Assembly: GCA_038208485.1 (NCBI GenBank)
Contig: JBBQYS010000002.1
Location: forward strand, 13,323-77,322
Length of the DNA stretch: 64,000 bases
Source of the DNA: Chitinophagales bacterium
GTDB lineage: Bacteria > Bacteroidota > Bacteroidia > Chitinophagales > Chitinophagaceae
Direction: 5' to 3'
Both the position numbers and the translations under genes were made by a program. This document shows positions 47,701 through 57,066 of this stretch, piece by piece (position 1 is the first letter of the stretch; the number at the start of each line of letters is the position of its first letter). The notes beneath the pieces were generated by a model that saw nothing but the letters and a program-made list of their open reading frames with translations, was not told where the DNA came from and made no database searches.

Positions 47701-49984
47701 TTTGAGGATTGGTGGGACACTAGGAGGCACAACCGGAAGTAATTTCCCAGCCAATTACCTGGCGTATACTATGGACCCCACCAGTACAGTAATATTTAAT
47801 GGAGCAGCGCAGACAATACCGGGGACTTCTAATAATGTAAACCTCTATGGCCACATAACACTGACAGGAACCGGATTAAAAACAGGCACATCTTCTGACA
47901 TCAACCTGGCTGGAAACCTTTACCGCACAAGTGGAGGGCATACATTTGATGGAAACAGTGGTAGGGTAACTTTTGTTTCTTCTGTAAGGGCGCAACGATA
48001 TTATACAGACGCAGGAGCCACACCAATGAACTTTTATAACCTTACAAATAACAATACATTCTCAGCAGGTTTGTCTATAGATTCTACGATCGGAATAGTA
48101 AATGAGTTGGAATTAAAACCATCTACAACTACTACACTGAATACCGGAAATATAATCATGCGTTCTTCAGCAGCACGCACATCTCATATCACTGACCTTG
48201 GTGTTACTATTCCTACTATAGTGTACAATACCACCTATCGTTTTGTAATAGAAAGGTATTTATATGGTCAAAAATCATGGCGCTTTTTATCTACACCAGT
48301 ACAGCTAAATGCAAGTGATGCTACTACTCCTACCGTGGCAAACGCATGGAGAGAAAGTAGCAGTCCTCTTACTTCAACTGGATATGGAACTGCAATCACT
48401 GGCCCAACCGGTGCTAATGCTGAATTGGATTATTACACCCAGAGAGGTTCTATGAAATATTTTACTGATGCCTCCAATACATTTATTGAACTCTCAAATA
48501 CCACAAGTACCAGGATAGCTAATACACAAGGCTACATGGTGTTTGTGCGTGGCGACAGGGGAGCAGTAAATTCTCCCTCCGGACCAGGGTCAGCAACTAC
48601 ACTGCGTATGAGTGGAAAAATCAGAACAGGAAGTCAGACTTTCCCAGTTTTGGCAACCAAATACCAGTCTATTGGCAATCCTTATGCTTCACAAATTAGC
48701 TTTTCCGGGCTGGTGAGAACTAATGTTCCTACAGCTTTTGTGGTTTGGAACCCAATTTTATCGGGACTTTATGGAGTGGGTGGATATGAGAATTATAGCC
48801 TTGTTAGCGGAAATTACAGATTGAATGGACTTGCGGCAGGGAAAATCCGAAATACAATAGAAAGCGGGGAAGCATTCTTTGTTCAAAATAACTCACCCAC
48901 CCTGGCTGGTTCGGTTGTTATCAACGAATCTTCTAAAGGGCTTTCCAGTAGTTTAGTGAGCAGAAATAGCGATAGCCTGGGTAATGGCCCGGAGTACCCT
49001 ACATTAGATATTAGTCTTTTCGAAAAAGACAATTTGGGAACTTATATATTGGTTGATGGTGTATCTGCCAGCTTTGATGATGCATTTAGCAATGAATTTG
49101 ATAACGATGATGTGACCAAATTCCTGAATTCTTATGATAACCTGTTCATTAAAAGCAATAACAAAAATTTGGTAGTGGAAAAAAGACAAAAACTATCAGC
49201 AACAGATACGATCAGGTTGGGCATCAACGGAACTCGTACGGCTGATTATCGCTTTCATATTGATCCATATATCATTGAAAACAGCGGGTTGGTTGGCTAC
49301 CTGGTAGATAAATTTACTAATACTCAATCTCTAATAAGTTTGAGCGGAAATACTGAATATAATTTTGACATAACCAATGATGCAGCTAGTAGAGTAGATG
49401 ACAGGTTCATGATTGTATTTGCCCCAGCCGTGGTGCTTCCTGTAACCCTTACTTCTATTACAGCCGTACGGAATACAAATAAAACCGTTACCGTAAAGTG
49501 GACGGCAGAAAACGAAAGCGCTTTGCGTGGTTATGAAGTGGAGAACAGTGAAGATGGGATCAACTTCAGCAAAATAGGTAATAGCGATGCACGAAACAGC
49601 GGGCTTTCTGCCAGCTATAGCTTCGTGCACAGCAAAGCTTCTGCTAAAATAAATTACTACCGCATACGCAGCCGTGAACAAAACAATGACAGCAAACTAA
49701 GCAACATTGCCAGGGCAGAAGCCATACAACTTGCAGGAATACTTTCTGTATCACCAAATCCTGTACAGGGAAAACTGATGAATGTAAGCCTCAAAATTGC
49801 GGCAGGAAAATACGATTTGAAAATGTATGACGAAGCCGGTAAATTAGTTTTACGTTCTGCTATAACAACTTCCGGAACTCAAAGCAATCAACCTATCGAC
49901 CTTAAGCACCTGTCAGCAGGTAATTATAAACTGGTGATCTCGGATGGTAAAAATATCTACACTACAAGTGTAGTGGTACAATAG
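44723..49984 (+). CDS. giant (1753 aa) T9SS-secreted surface protein of unknown function
   Basis: GTG start and signal peptide ending SWAQ; NDWAIDDIGL (MAM/choice-of-anchor-J-like); C-terminal Fn3-like module VLPVTLTSITAV... plus T9SS C-terminal domain LSVSPNPVQGKL...GNYKLVISDGKNIYTTSVVVQ. Confidence 0.8.
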   Translation: MNPKLPTLKKVSIALFLFFCLSPQSWAQPANDLCSAAILLTSSGGCTSTSGTLLNATKSSPNISSCGPNSSADVWYRFVANSETPTIKLNGVGSNFSSASPRLQLFTDCGGTALLCSTSPLNPSNLIIGDTYYIRVTTNSNTGSPITSGNWNFTICVSDLSLDYSKSYVNITDGTVGGTINPGDILEIRSTFVVRGGDRTLQVTNIRYFDTLKANAGLRYTNQISTRTNEGKVVNTFTDATGDDAGWAIKPAVGDTTIQINIGPGATSNSLTGGGTLESDSRPSVFGGTCIIMATYRVTVTGEYEKKINFGGGAFRYNINGQDFTITFPRDSLIVYPTLDACSDAVSPGNLIGSANNGTFGTLPMGSMPTAALQNAGPASFNTSYIYSNFSTGAPQDYYYGITNNTSGLNTIDQTFAKGSGTGNPRVFSHWDITGDHTGATDLSKGNPPCDVTKVVSATNPCGYLLAINSAYRTDKVFEYTASGVCTDTYYEVSAWFKNICYRCGCDSVGRGSGGGSYIPTAPGDSSGVRPNVTMQIDGINYYSTGELIYQGLGGTQSGSDTLNKWIRRSFVFKTSPTQTSFTITFKNNAPGGGGNDWAIDDIGLRTCYPDMIYAPTNPIVFIGNSLTITDTVRSYFNNYTYYKWQKAPGATPTVFSDIPGASGNAINVYKPLINQYEFVISYTIPGTATQPANSGDVYRMVVASNIANLNSGCNFVPTISFTLLPADAPCEFTAVNYAVAPKNGVINWNKLNWSLGHVPTCCESAYITYPGDNAVTDSIGVYITNDICLINLTFVNVSTKGNQVFRTVLHPGYNMLMRGDVRMGATAPFATDSTLFIAKGANTITVNGNTVIGYNGDPGTSIIGSAPGTNTYIKYILKGDSLTFNTKAFVNHKFASFTMDPTSGSAVLVNNVDAVTYPFAVSFDSLYIGKTTPKTVTLAGTGSNSFLNDNNGALVVSTGSTFIMPANYTLNAKDFVTAGVFKSRVVLQPNSTLRIGGTLGGTTGSNFPANYLAYTMDPTSTVIFNGAAQTIPGTSNNVNLYGHITLTGTGLKTGTSSDINLAGNLYRTSGGHTFDGNSGRVTFVSSVRAQRYYTDAGATPMNFYNLTNNNTFSAGLSIDSTIGIVNELELKPSTTTTLNTGNIIMRSSAARTSHITDLGVTIPTIVYNTTYRFVIERYLYGQKSWRFLSTPVQLNASDATTPTVANAWRESSSPLTSTGYGTAITGPTGANAELDYYTQRGSMKYFTDASNTFIELSNTTSTRIANTQGYMVFVRGDRGAVNSPSGPGSATTLRMSGKIRTGSQTFPVLATKYQSIGNPYASQISFSGLVRTNVPTAFVVWNPILSGLYGVGGYENYSLVSGNYRLNGLAAGKIRNTIESGEAFFVQNNSPTLAGSVVINESSKGLSSSLVSRNSDSLGNGPEYPTLDISLFEKDNLGTYILVDGVSASFDDAFSNEFDNDDVTKFLNSYDNLFIKSNNKNLVVEKRQKLSATDTIRLGINGTRTADYRFHIDPYIIENSGLVGYLVDKFTNTQSLISLSGNTEYNFDITNDAASRVDDRFMIVFAPAVVLPVTLTSITAVRNTNKTVTVKWTAENESALRGYEVENSEDGINFSKIGNSDARNSGLSASYSFVHSKASAKINYYRIRSREQNNDSKLSNIARAEAIQLAGILSVSPNPVQGKLMNVSLKIAAGKYDLKMYDEAGKLVLRSAITTSGTQSNQPIDLKHLSAGNYKLVISDGKNIYTTSVVVQ
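45539..45547 (+). repeat. G9 homopolymer inside the giant T9SS gene
   Basis: aca ggg ggg ggg act, encoding TGGGT at about codon 273. Confidence 0.9.
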
Positions 49985-50006
49985 CTTTTAGAACAAAACC
50001 TTATTT

Positions 50007-50035
50007 TTTTTAAAAGGCTGTCTCAAAACGAGGCA
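50007..50035 (+). terminator. rho-independent terminator
   Basis: GCTGTCTC-AAAAC-GAGGCAGC followed by TTTTTTTAT. Same stem family as 28841-28876, with the same G-U wobble. Confidence 0.8.
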
Positions 50036-50135
50036 GCTTTTTTTATCTCTACTTTATTCACTTTTCTCATTTGCATTTTTTTAAAGATGGAAACAGCTTA
50101 AATAACATCTGTTTCCTTACCATACATTTGCAAAA

Positions 50136-51569
50136 GTGAAAAGAAATAAGAAAAGAGTAATTATAGAAAACCTGCTGGTAACTGATTATGCAGCTGAAGG
50201 TAAGGCACTGGCAAGGGTCGATGGAAAAGTGATCTTCATCAGTGGTGCAGTACCGGGAGATGTGGTCAATGTATTTCTTACCAAAAACAAGGCTGACTGG
50301 GCAGAAGCCAGAGTATCTGAAATAGTTACTTACTCAGAAAACAGGGTCGAACCTTTTTGCCAACATTTTGGCGTTTGTGGTGGATGCAAATGGCAAATGC
50401 TGCCCTACGAAACCCAATTAAAATACAAACAACAGGAAGCAGAACAAAACCTTCGCAGGATCGGCCGGCTGGGAGATGAGGTAATTTTTCTGCCAATACA
50501 AGGTTCAGAAAAAACCCGGGAATACCGCAACAAACTTGAGTTTACTGCCAGTAATAAAAGGTTCCTGGAAAAGCTACCCGAACCTGTGGAAGAAATTTCA
50601 GCTCCTCCTGAACCAATTCCCTGGCAAAGTGCACTTGGTTATCATGCACCAAGGATATTTGATAAAATCATAGATATTTATGAATGCCATCTGCTGGATG
50701 ATGTGAACAACAGCATCCGAAATTCTACCAGGGAGTTTATGCTGGAAAACAACCTGGAATTTTATGATATTAGAAATCATACCGGCTGGCTGAGGAATAT
50801 TATTATACGCTATACCACACTGGGAGAGCTGATGGTGAATGTGTGTATCAATCACGAAGACGAAAGCAATCGTGTAAAACTGTTGGAACATCTGTTGAAA
50901 GTTGTACCGGGCATCAGTACATTATTGTATACCATTAATCCAAAATGGAATGACAGTATTTACGACCTGGAACCGCAGGTATATACCGGTCCCGGCTACG
51001 TCACAGAAAAACTGGGCAATTATAGTTTCCTCATCAGCCCAAAATCATTTTTTCAAACCAATACGAAACAGGCAGAAAAGCTTTACGATATCACTAAAGA
51101 TTTTGCCGGGCTTACAGGAAAAGAAACAGTGTATGATCTTTATTGCGGCACAGGAAGCATTGGAATTTATTGCAGCGAATCTGCAGCAAAAATTGTCGGG
51201 GTTGAATTAATTGATGATGCTATCAGGGATGCTAAAAAGAATGCAGAGCTTAACAACATTTCACATGCGCATTTCTTTGCAGGGGATGTTATCAAGATTT
51301 GTAATGATGCGTTTTTTGAAACACATGGTTTCCCAGATGTGATCATTACAGATCCGCCACGTGCCGGCATGCATGACAAACTGGTAAAAAAGCTATTGGA
51401 AATAGCTGCGCCCAAAATTGTTTATGTAAGTTGCAATACAGCCACCCAGGCCAGGGACATTGCTTTGCTCAGTGAGAAATATACTGTTGAAAAAGTTCAG
51501 CCGGTAGATATGTTTCCTCATACCCATCACATAGAATGTGTGGCTTTGCTTATCTTGAAAACAAATTAG
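50136..51569 (+). CDS. rlmD: 23S rRNA (uracil-C5)-methyltransferase RlmD/RumA
   Basis: TRAM-like N-terminus, Fe-S Cys cluster CQHFGVCGGCKWQ, SAM motif DLYCGTGSIG, DPPRAG. Confidence 0.85.
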   Translation: MKRNKKRVIIENLLVTDYAAEGKALARVDGKVIFISGAVPGDVVNVFLTKNKADWAEARVSEIVTYSENRVEPFCQHFGVCGGCKWQMLPYETQLKYKQQEAEQNLRRIGRLGDEVIFLPIQGSEKTREYRNKLEFTASNKRFLEKLPEPVEEISAPPEPIPWQSALGYHAPRIFDKIIDIYECHLLDDVNNSIRNSTREFMLENNLEFYDIRNHTGWLRNIIIRYTTLGELMVNVCINHEDESNRVKLLEHLLKVVPGISTLLYTINPKWNDSIYDLEPQVYTGPGYVTEKLGNYSFLISPKSFFQTNTKQAEKLYDITKDFAGLTGKETVYDLYCGTGSIGIYCSESAAKIVGVELIDDAIRDAKKNAELNNISHAHFFAGDVIKICNDAFFETHGFPDVIITDPPRAGMHDKLVKKLLEIAAPKIVYVSCNTATQARDIALLSEKYTVEKVQPVDMFPHTHHIECVALLILKTN

Positions 51570-51706
51570 CTACATCGCTGACGCAGTATAATATTTTGCT
51601 AAGCGTTGTATAACGATGAGCAAACATTTTTTAGAGATTTTGGTTATAAGCATATACCAATCCCTATTAACATTACTCTAATTATTTTAAAAACTAATTT
51701 AGCGGC

Positions 51707-52321
51707 ATGTCGAATTATAATAAAGGATTGAGTTTTGGAAAAACAACGCCGGTAGTAATGAACTTACTGATCATAAACGGCCTGGTTTTTCTGGCGCAAA
51801 ACATCTTTGACGGAGAAAATAGGGTACTAACGTCATGGTTGGCATTGTGGCCATGGAACAGCGGGTTATTTAGACCCTGGCAGCTCATTACACACATGTT
51901 TACGCATGGAGGCATAGGACATATTTTGTTCAATATGTTTGCGTTATGGAGTTTTGGTAGCTGGCTGGAAAGAGACTGGGGGGCAAAAAAATTCTTGTTC
52001 TTTTATTTTACCTGTGGTGTAGCAGCTGCGTTGGCGCAAATGTTCCTGACCAGTTCGCCGGCAGTAGGAGCTTCAGGTGCTATTATGGGATGCCTCGGTG
52101 CATTCGCCTGGTTGTACCCAAACTCAGAATTATTTATGTTTCCAATTCCTTTCCCGGTAAAGGCTAAATATGCAATCGCAGTTATTGCAGCTATTGATAT
52201 TTTTGGGGGTGTCTATCCAACTGGCGATAACATAGCGCATTTTGCTCACTTGGGTGGCTTGATTATGGGTATAATACTTGTAATATATTTTAAAAAAAAC
52301 CAGCAAAGTCGCTGGCAATAG
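51707..52321 (+). CDS. rhomboid intramembrane serine protease
   Basis: GHILFNM (HxxxN), catalytic GASGAIMG and AHLGG. Confidence 0.85.
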   Translation: MSNYNKGLSFGKTTPVVMNLLIINGLVFLAQNIFDGENRVLTSWLALWPWNSGLFRPWQLITHMFTHGGIGHILFNMFALWSFGSWLERDWGAKKFLFFYFTCGVAAALAQMFLTSSPAVGASGAIMGCLGAFAWLYPNSELFMFPIPFPVKAKYAIAVIAAIDIFGGVYPTGDNIAHFAHLGGLIMGIILVIYFKKNQQSRWQ

Positions 52322-52388
52322 CAGAAAAAATTTACCTTAGTTGGTACGTTCATAAACTGTTTTCTTATTAACATAAAAATATTCTTTC

Positions 52389-53330
52389 ATGGGAGAGGCA
52401 GACAGGTTTAAGGAATACAGACTTCCAAAAAAGCGCTTTTTTAAATCAGTAACAGAAGGTGCTGTCCCGTCATTGATCACCATCAATGTTATTGGTTTTG
52501 TGTTGCTTTTATTCCTGCAGGTATCTTTTTTATTTGGAGATAAAACCCTTGCTGATTTTTACAGCACTATAATTGGCGCACTCGCCCTACCCGGAGATTT
52601 TACTACTTTCTTACATAAGCCCTGGACCATTCTCAGCTTTATGTTTACCGAAATTGGCGCAGAGTATTGGCGTATCATCACCAATATGGTATGGCTCTAT
52701 GCATTTGGCTCGCTGTTGGTTCAATATACAAGCAATGATAAGGTGATACCAATTTATATTTATGGCGGCTTTGTAGGGGCTATAGTTTTTTTAATAGCAG
52801 TGAACCTGGTACCTCAAATGAAAATGTATGGTTCTGGCTTAAGCCTGCTTGGTGCCAATGCAGGAGTAATGGCTATTGCAATGGCTATTACTACACTGGC
52901 CCCCGGCCACAGGTTTTTTACCCAGATCAGAGGTGGAATTCCATTGTGGGTGTTAATGATCATTTATATTTTCATTGATATTGCCGGGGCCGGAAGCTTC
53001 TTCAACCCTTATGTTTTAGCTCACCTCGGCGGAGCGCTGGCAGGGTTTTTATTTGTTTATGCATTAAAAAAAGACATAGACTTAGGCACCTGGATGGTGA
53101 AGATCTATCATTATTTTACAACCGCCCTTACCCCTTTACCAACAGTTAAGCAACCAAAAGAAAAGGTTTTCTACAATACAGGAAATCGTAAACCTTACCA
53201 GAAATATGCTATAGTGACCCAGGAAAGAATAGATGAAATTTTGGATAAGATATCTGTAAAAGGATATGGCTCCCTTAGCAGGGAAGAAAAAGCAATCCTG
53301 AAAAAAGCATCTGATGAAGATGGCATTTGA
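52389..53330 (+). CDS. rhomboid-fold paralogue lacking the catalytic serine (putative pseudoprotease) with cytoplasmic C-terminal extension
   Basis: The equivalent motifs read WRIITNM (no His), GANAGVMA (Ser replaced by Asn; codons gcc aat gca gga) and AHLGG (His kept). Confidence 0.7.
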   Translation: MGEADRFKEYRLPKKRFFKSVTEGAVPSLITINVIGFVLLLFLQVSFLFGDKTLADFYSTIIGALALPGDFTTFLHKPWTILSFMFTEIGAEYWRIITNMVWLYAFGSLLVQYTSNDKVIPIYIYGGFVGAIVFLIAVNLVPQMKMYGSGLSLLGANAGVMAIAMAITTLAPGHRFFTQIRGGIPLWVLMIIYIFIDIAGAGSFFNPYVLAHLGGALAGFLFVYALKKDIDLGTWMVKIYHYFTTALTPLPTVKQPKEKVFYNTGNRKPYQKYAIVTQERIDEILDKISVKGYGSLSREEKAILKKASDEDGI

Positions 53331-53394
53331 AAAGATTTACAAAATAGAAATACTGCCTTCCGGTATCCGGCTCAATATTATATATCTTTAAACT

Positions 53395-54531
53395 ATGGCA
53401 GGTAGTTTTTTCCGTCGGTTTACCAGGCGAGTCTTTGTTGGATTAAATGTTTTCACAGCGCTATTATTCATATTTTCATGCTATGGGTGGTGGTTCGATC
53501 CGCTGCATTTTTGGTGGATGGGAATACTTACACTTGGTTCTCTATATTTGTTTTTGGGGTTGGTTATCTTTATGGTTTTCTGGTTATTTTTTAAGCCCAG
53601 GTACATGCTCATAGGTGTACTCACATTGCTACTATGTATAAACCCACTGCGTCATTTGTTGGGCTTTAATTTAAACAAAAAATTTACACTAGAAAAAAAA
53701 GCAGGAGACCTTCGTGTTATGAGTTGGAATGTGGAACATTTTGAGATTCTGAAACATAAAACCCAGCCAGGCATAAAAAGTGAAATGCTGGATATTATCG
53801 CAACATACAATCCGGATGTGGCCTGCTTCCAGGAAATGGTGGGTAGTGAAGACAAAACAGACGCTATCAATTACCTTCCTCCCATAATGCAGAAAATAGG
53901 GATGCCTTACATGCATTATGCTTACAACAAAAGGCTAGACTTTGATGACCATCACCATTTTGGTATCATCATACTTAGTAAATACCCGATAGTCAGCCAG
54001 CACATGCTTAGCTATGCGCCAAATGATTATAATTCTATTTTTCAATACGTGGACATTGCAAAAAATTCGGACACTATTCGTGTTTTCAATATTCATTTAC
54101 AGTCATTAAAATTTGACAAGGAGACCCTGCAATACCTGAAGGAGCCTGCTGCGGAGGAAAAAGAGAACCTGAAAAAATCGCTGGGTATTGTTTCAAAATT
54201 TAAAGCTGGATTCATCAAAAGAAAATGGCAGAGTGACCGAATTAGGGAGAATGTGGCGTTGAGCCCTTACCCTGTTATACTTGCCGGAGACTTTAATGAT
54301 GTGCCTAACAGTTACGCCTATCATACCATTGGCCAGGACCTGAATAATGGCTTTGCAAAAAAGGGAGCAGGCATTAGCCGTACTTTCGTAAACATTTCTC
54401 CTACCTTAAGGATTGATAATATTTTTGCCTCTGACAGGTTTACATTTTCCCAGTATACCCGAATCAAAAAAGAACTCAGCGATCATTTCCCTATTATTGC
54501 GGATTTAAGGTTTCAGACTGCGGCTCAATAA
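53395..54531 (+). CDS. membrane-anchored endonuclease/exonuclease/phosphatase (EEP) family protein
   Basis: N-terminal TM helices; LRVMSWNV, VACFQE and SDHFPIIADL motifs. Confidence 0.8.
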   Translation: MAGSFFRRFTRRVFVGLNVFTALLFIFSCYGWWFDPLHFWWMGILTLGSLYLFLGLVIFMVFWLFFKPRYMLIGVLTLLLCINPLRHLLGFNLNKKFTLEKKAGDLRVMSWNVEHFEILKHKTQPGIKSEMLDIIATYNPDVACFQEMVGSEDKTDAINYLPPIMQKIGMPYMHYAYNKRLDFDDHHHFGIIILSKYPIVSQHMLSYAPNDYNSIFQYVDIAKNSDTIRVFNIHLQSLKFDKETLQYLKEPAAEEKENLKKSLGIVSKFKAGFIKRKWQSDRIRENVALSPYPVILAGDFNDVPNSYAYHTIGQDLNNGFAKKGAGISRTFVNISPTLRIDNIFASDRFTFSQYTRIKKELSDHFPIIADLRFQTAAQ

Positions 54532-54697
54532 ACCCCTTCTATTTCAGGGCTTTGCTAATAAAAAGCTTATAATGTGGATAACCTGTTATTAAGCAGAAAA
54601 AACAGTATTTTTGGAAAACGCCTTTTTCCTATTGATATATTATATCCGGAGAAAAGCGAAATTCAATATATAGACCGTTATTTAAATCAAAGATATT

Positions 54698-56095
54698 ATG
54701 AGTTGTGGAAGTTGTGGTACCGGAAAAGATGGTGCACCGGGTGGCTGTCAAAGTCATGGAAACTGTGCAAGTGGCGGATGCAATCGGATGAACGTACACG
54801 ATTGGCTTTCTAACTTGCCTTTCAGTGATCCCGAAAGCAGTTGCCGGATTGTAGAAATAAGTTTCAACAATGGCAGTCGCAAAGACTATTTCAAAAATAC
54901 CACTTTACATTATTACGAAAAAGGAGATATGGTAGCGCTGGAAGGCGTGAATGGTTTTGATGTGGGTATGGTAAACCTAACAGGCGAACTTGTTCGTCTT
55001 CAGCTGAAAAAAAATAAGCTGGATGAAAAAAGCCCTGATATTAAAAAGATACTTCGCCGGGCTACAGAAACTGATATTGCCAAAATGGTGGAAAGCAAAG
55101 CAAAAGAAGCAAATATGCTTATTCGTAGCCGTGCAATGGCCAGGGTGCTGAACCTGAACCTGAAAATGGCGGAGATAGAATTACAGGCAGATGGAAGAAA
55201 AGCAACATTTTTTTATATAGCAGACGAACGGGTAGATTTTCGTGAACTGATCAAACAGTATGCTGGAGAATTTAAAGTAAAAGTGGAAATGCGCCAGATA
55301 GGTGCAAGGCAGGAAGCCGGAAAAGTAGGTGGTATAGGCAGTTGTGGCAGAGAACTTTGTTGCAGTACCTGGCTCACAGATTTTAAAAGTGTAAATACAA
55401 ATGCTGCACGTTATCAAAACCTGAGCATAAATCAAACCAAGCTAAGCGGACAGTGCGGCAGGCTAAAGTGTTGCCTGAATTATGAACTGGATACTTACAT
55501 GGATGCACTGCAGTTTTTCCCAGGGGATGCAGATGTATTGGAAACGCAGAAAGGCAGGGCCTTCCTGGTAAAAAAAGATATTTTCCGTTTTCTGATGTGG
55601 TATAGCATGGCAGATTCATCCCGTCATTATCCGCTTACCATAGAATCAGTAAAAAAGATAAAAAAACAAAACCGTGAGGGTATAAAACCTGCGGAGCTGG
55701 AAGTTACTGAAGTACAGGTGGGCAAGCCAAAGGAAGTAGAACCTGAGTATGCAGATCTTGTAGGCCAGATAAGCCTGAAGAGCCTGGAAAAAACAACCCG
55801 GAAAAGAAGGGATAAAGAAAATAGCAGAAGTCAGAATAATCCACAGGGAGGAGACAATCCAAAAGGTCAGAACCCACAGGGAAGAGGCAGCCGCAACAAA
55901 GGGCAACAACCCGGCGGAAAACCAAGACAACCCAATGTACAGGCAAATGCAGGTAATAATCCTACGAATGACAACCAGCAACAAAATAAAGGGCCAAGAC
56001 CTAAGCAACAGGGAACTGGTAATAATCCCAACCGCAACAACCGCAACAGGGGAAACCGTGGTGGCGAAAACAAGGCCCCGGAAAATAAAGCTTAA
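54698..56095 (+). CDS. PSP1 domain protein (RicT/YaaT-like) with long disordered C-terminal tail
   Basis: Cys-rich N-terminus MSCGSCGTGKDGAPGGCQSHGNCASGGC; PSP1 core with GRELCCSTWL and GQCGRLKCCLNYE; ~100-aa N/Q/G/P/R-rich tail. Confidence 0.75.
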   Translation: MSCGSCGTGKDGAPGGCQSHGNCASGGCNRMNVHDWLSNLPFSDPESSCRIVEISFNNGSRKDYFKNTTLHYYEKGDMVALEGVNGFDVGMVNLTGELVRLQLKKNKLDEKSPDIKKILRRATETDIAKMVESKAKEANMLIRSRAMARVLNLNLKMAEIELQADGRKATFFYIADERVDFRELIKQYAGEFKVKVEMRQIGARQEAGKVGGIGSCGRELCCSTWLTDFKSVNTNAARYQNLSINQTKLSGQCGRLKCCLNYELDTYMDALQFFPGDADVLETQKGRAFLVKKDIFRFLMWYSMADSSRHYPLTIESVKKIKKQNREGIKPAELEVTEVQVGKPKEVEPEYADLVGQISLKSLEKTTRKRRDKENSRSQNNPQGGDNPKGQNPQGRGSRNKGQQPGGKPRQPNVQANAGNNPTNDNQQQNKGPRPKQQGTGNNPNRNNRNRGNRGGENKAPENKA

Positions 56096-56123
56096 GAACT
56101 CTGTGATCAAGCAATTTTAGCAT

Positions 56124-57062
56124 ATGTCTATCTCAGTACAACATCTTACCAAAAGATATGGTGCACAAACAGCCGTGAATGATATTTCTTTTACTGCAAA
56201 CAGTGGAGAGATACTTGGTTTTCTTGGTCCAAACGGTGCCGGTAAAAGCACCACTATGAAAATAATCACAGGATACCTGGCCGCAGATGCAGGTGATATT
56301 GCTGTGTGCGGAGAAGCAGTAAGCAGCGGGACAAAAAACACCAAGAAACATATTGGCTATTTACCGGAATCTAACCCTTTGTACACTGATATGTACATAA
56401 AAGAATACCTGCATTTTGTAGCAGGTGTTCACGGGATAAAAAATAAAAAAGAAGCAGTAGAAAAAGTAATTGCTAAAACAGGATTGAAACCTGAAGCAGG
56501 AAAAAAGATCGGGCAGCTGAGTAAAGGATACCGCCAAAGGGTGGGCCTTGCAGCAGCAATCATTCACGATCCCGAAGTGCTTATTTTGGATGAGCCGACG
56601 ACAGGTCTTGATCCAAACCAGATCCTGGAGATCAGACAAGTAATCCGTGAGCTGGGGAAAAACAAAACGGTTTTACTTTCTTCTCACATCATGCAGGAAG
56701 TGGAAGCACTTTGTGACAGGGTGATCATCATCAACAAAGGAAATATTGTAGCCAACGATAGCATGAAGGACCTGAAGCAACAAAAAGCCGGTCAGGAATT
56801 TGTTGTAGTTGTTTTTAATGAAACTGTTAATACTTCAGATCTTGAAAAATTACCTGGTGCTGCCGGAGTATCAGTTCAGGGAAAAGAATATAAAATCATT
56901 ACAAAAAATGCGGATCAGTTTCGCCGGGCATTGCTGGAATACAGCGTGCAGAAAAATATCAATATTGTGAGTATGCAACAGGCTTCCAACAGTATGGAAG
57001 AAATTTTCAGAAAGCTTACCGGGGAAGAAAACAAACCAAATTCAGAACCACAAAAACCATAA
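56124..57062 (+). CDS. gldA: ABC transporter ATP-binding protein, GldA-like (gliding-motility associated)
   Basis: Walker A GPNGAGKST, signature LSKGYRQR, Walker B LILDEP. The N-terminus closely resembles Flavobacterium GldA as I recall it. Confidence 0.6.
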   Translation: MSISVQHLTKRYGAQTAVNDISFTANSGEILGFLGPNGAGKSTTMKIITGYLAADAGDIAVCGEAVSSGTKNTKKHIGYLPESNPLYTDMYIKEYLHFVAGVHGIKNKKEAVEKVIAKTGLKPEAGKKIGQLSKGYRQRVGLAAAIIHDPEVLILDEPTTGLDPNQILEIRQVIRELGKNKTVLLSSHIMQEVEALCDRVIIINKGNIVANDSMKDLKQQKAGQEFVVVVFNETVNTSDLEKLPGAAGVSVQGKEYKIITKNADQFRRALLEYSVQKNINIVSMQQASNSMEEIFRKLTGEENKPNSEPQKP

Positions 57063-57066
57063 GAAA

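Noticed and set aside
54574-54813. 79-aa ORF overlapping the start of the PSP1 gene.
   Set aside because: It is in a different frame from a well-supported gene, has W/K/R-rich odd composition and shows no motif.
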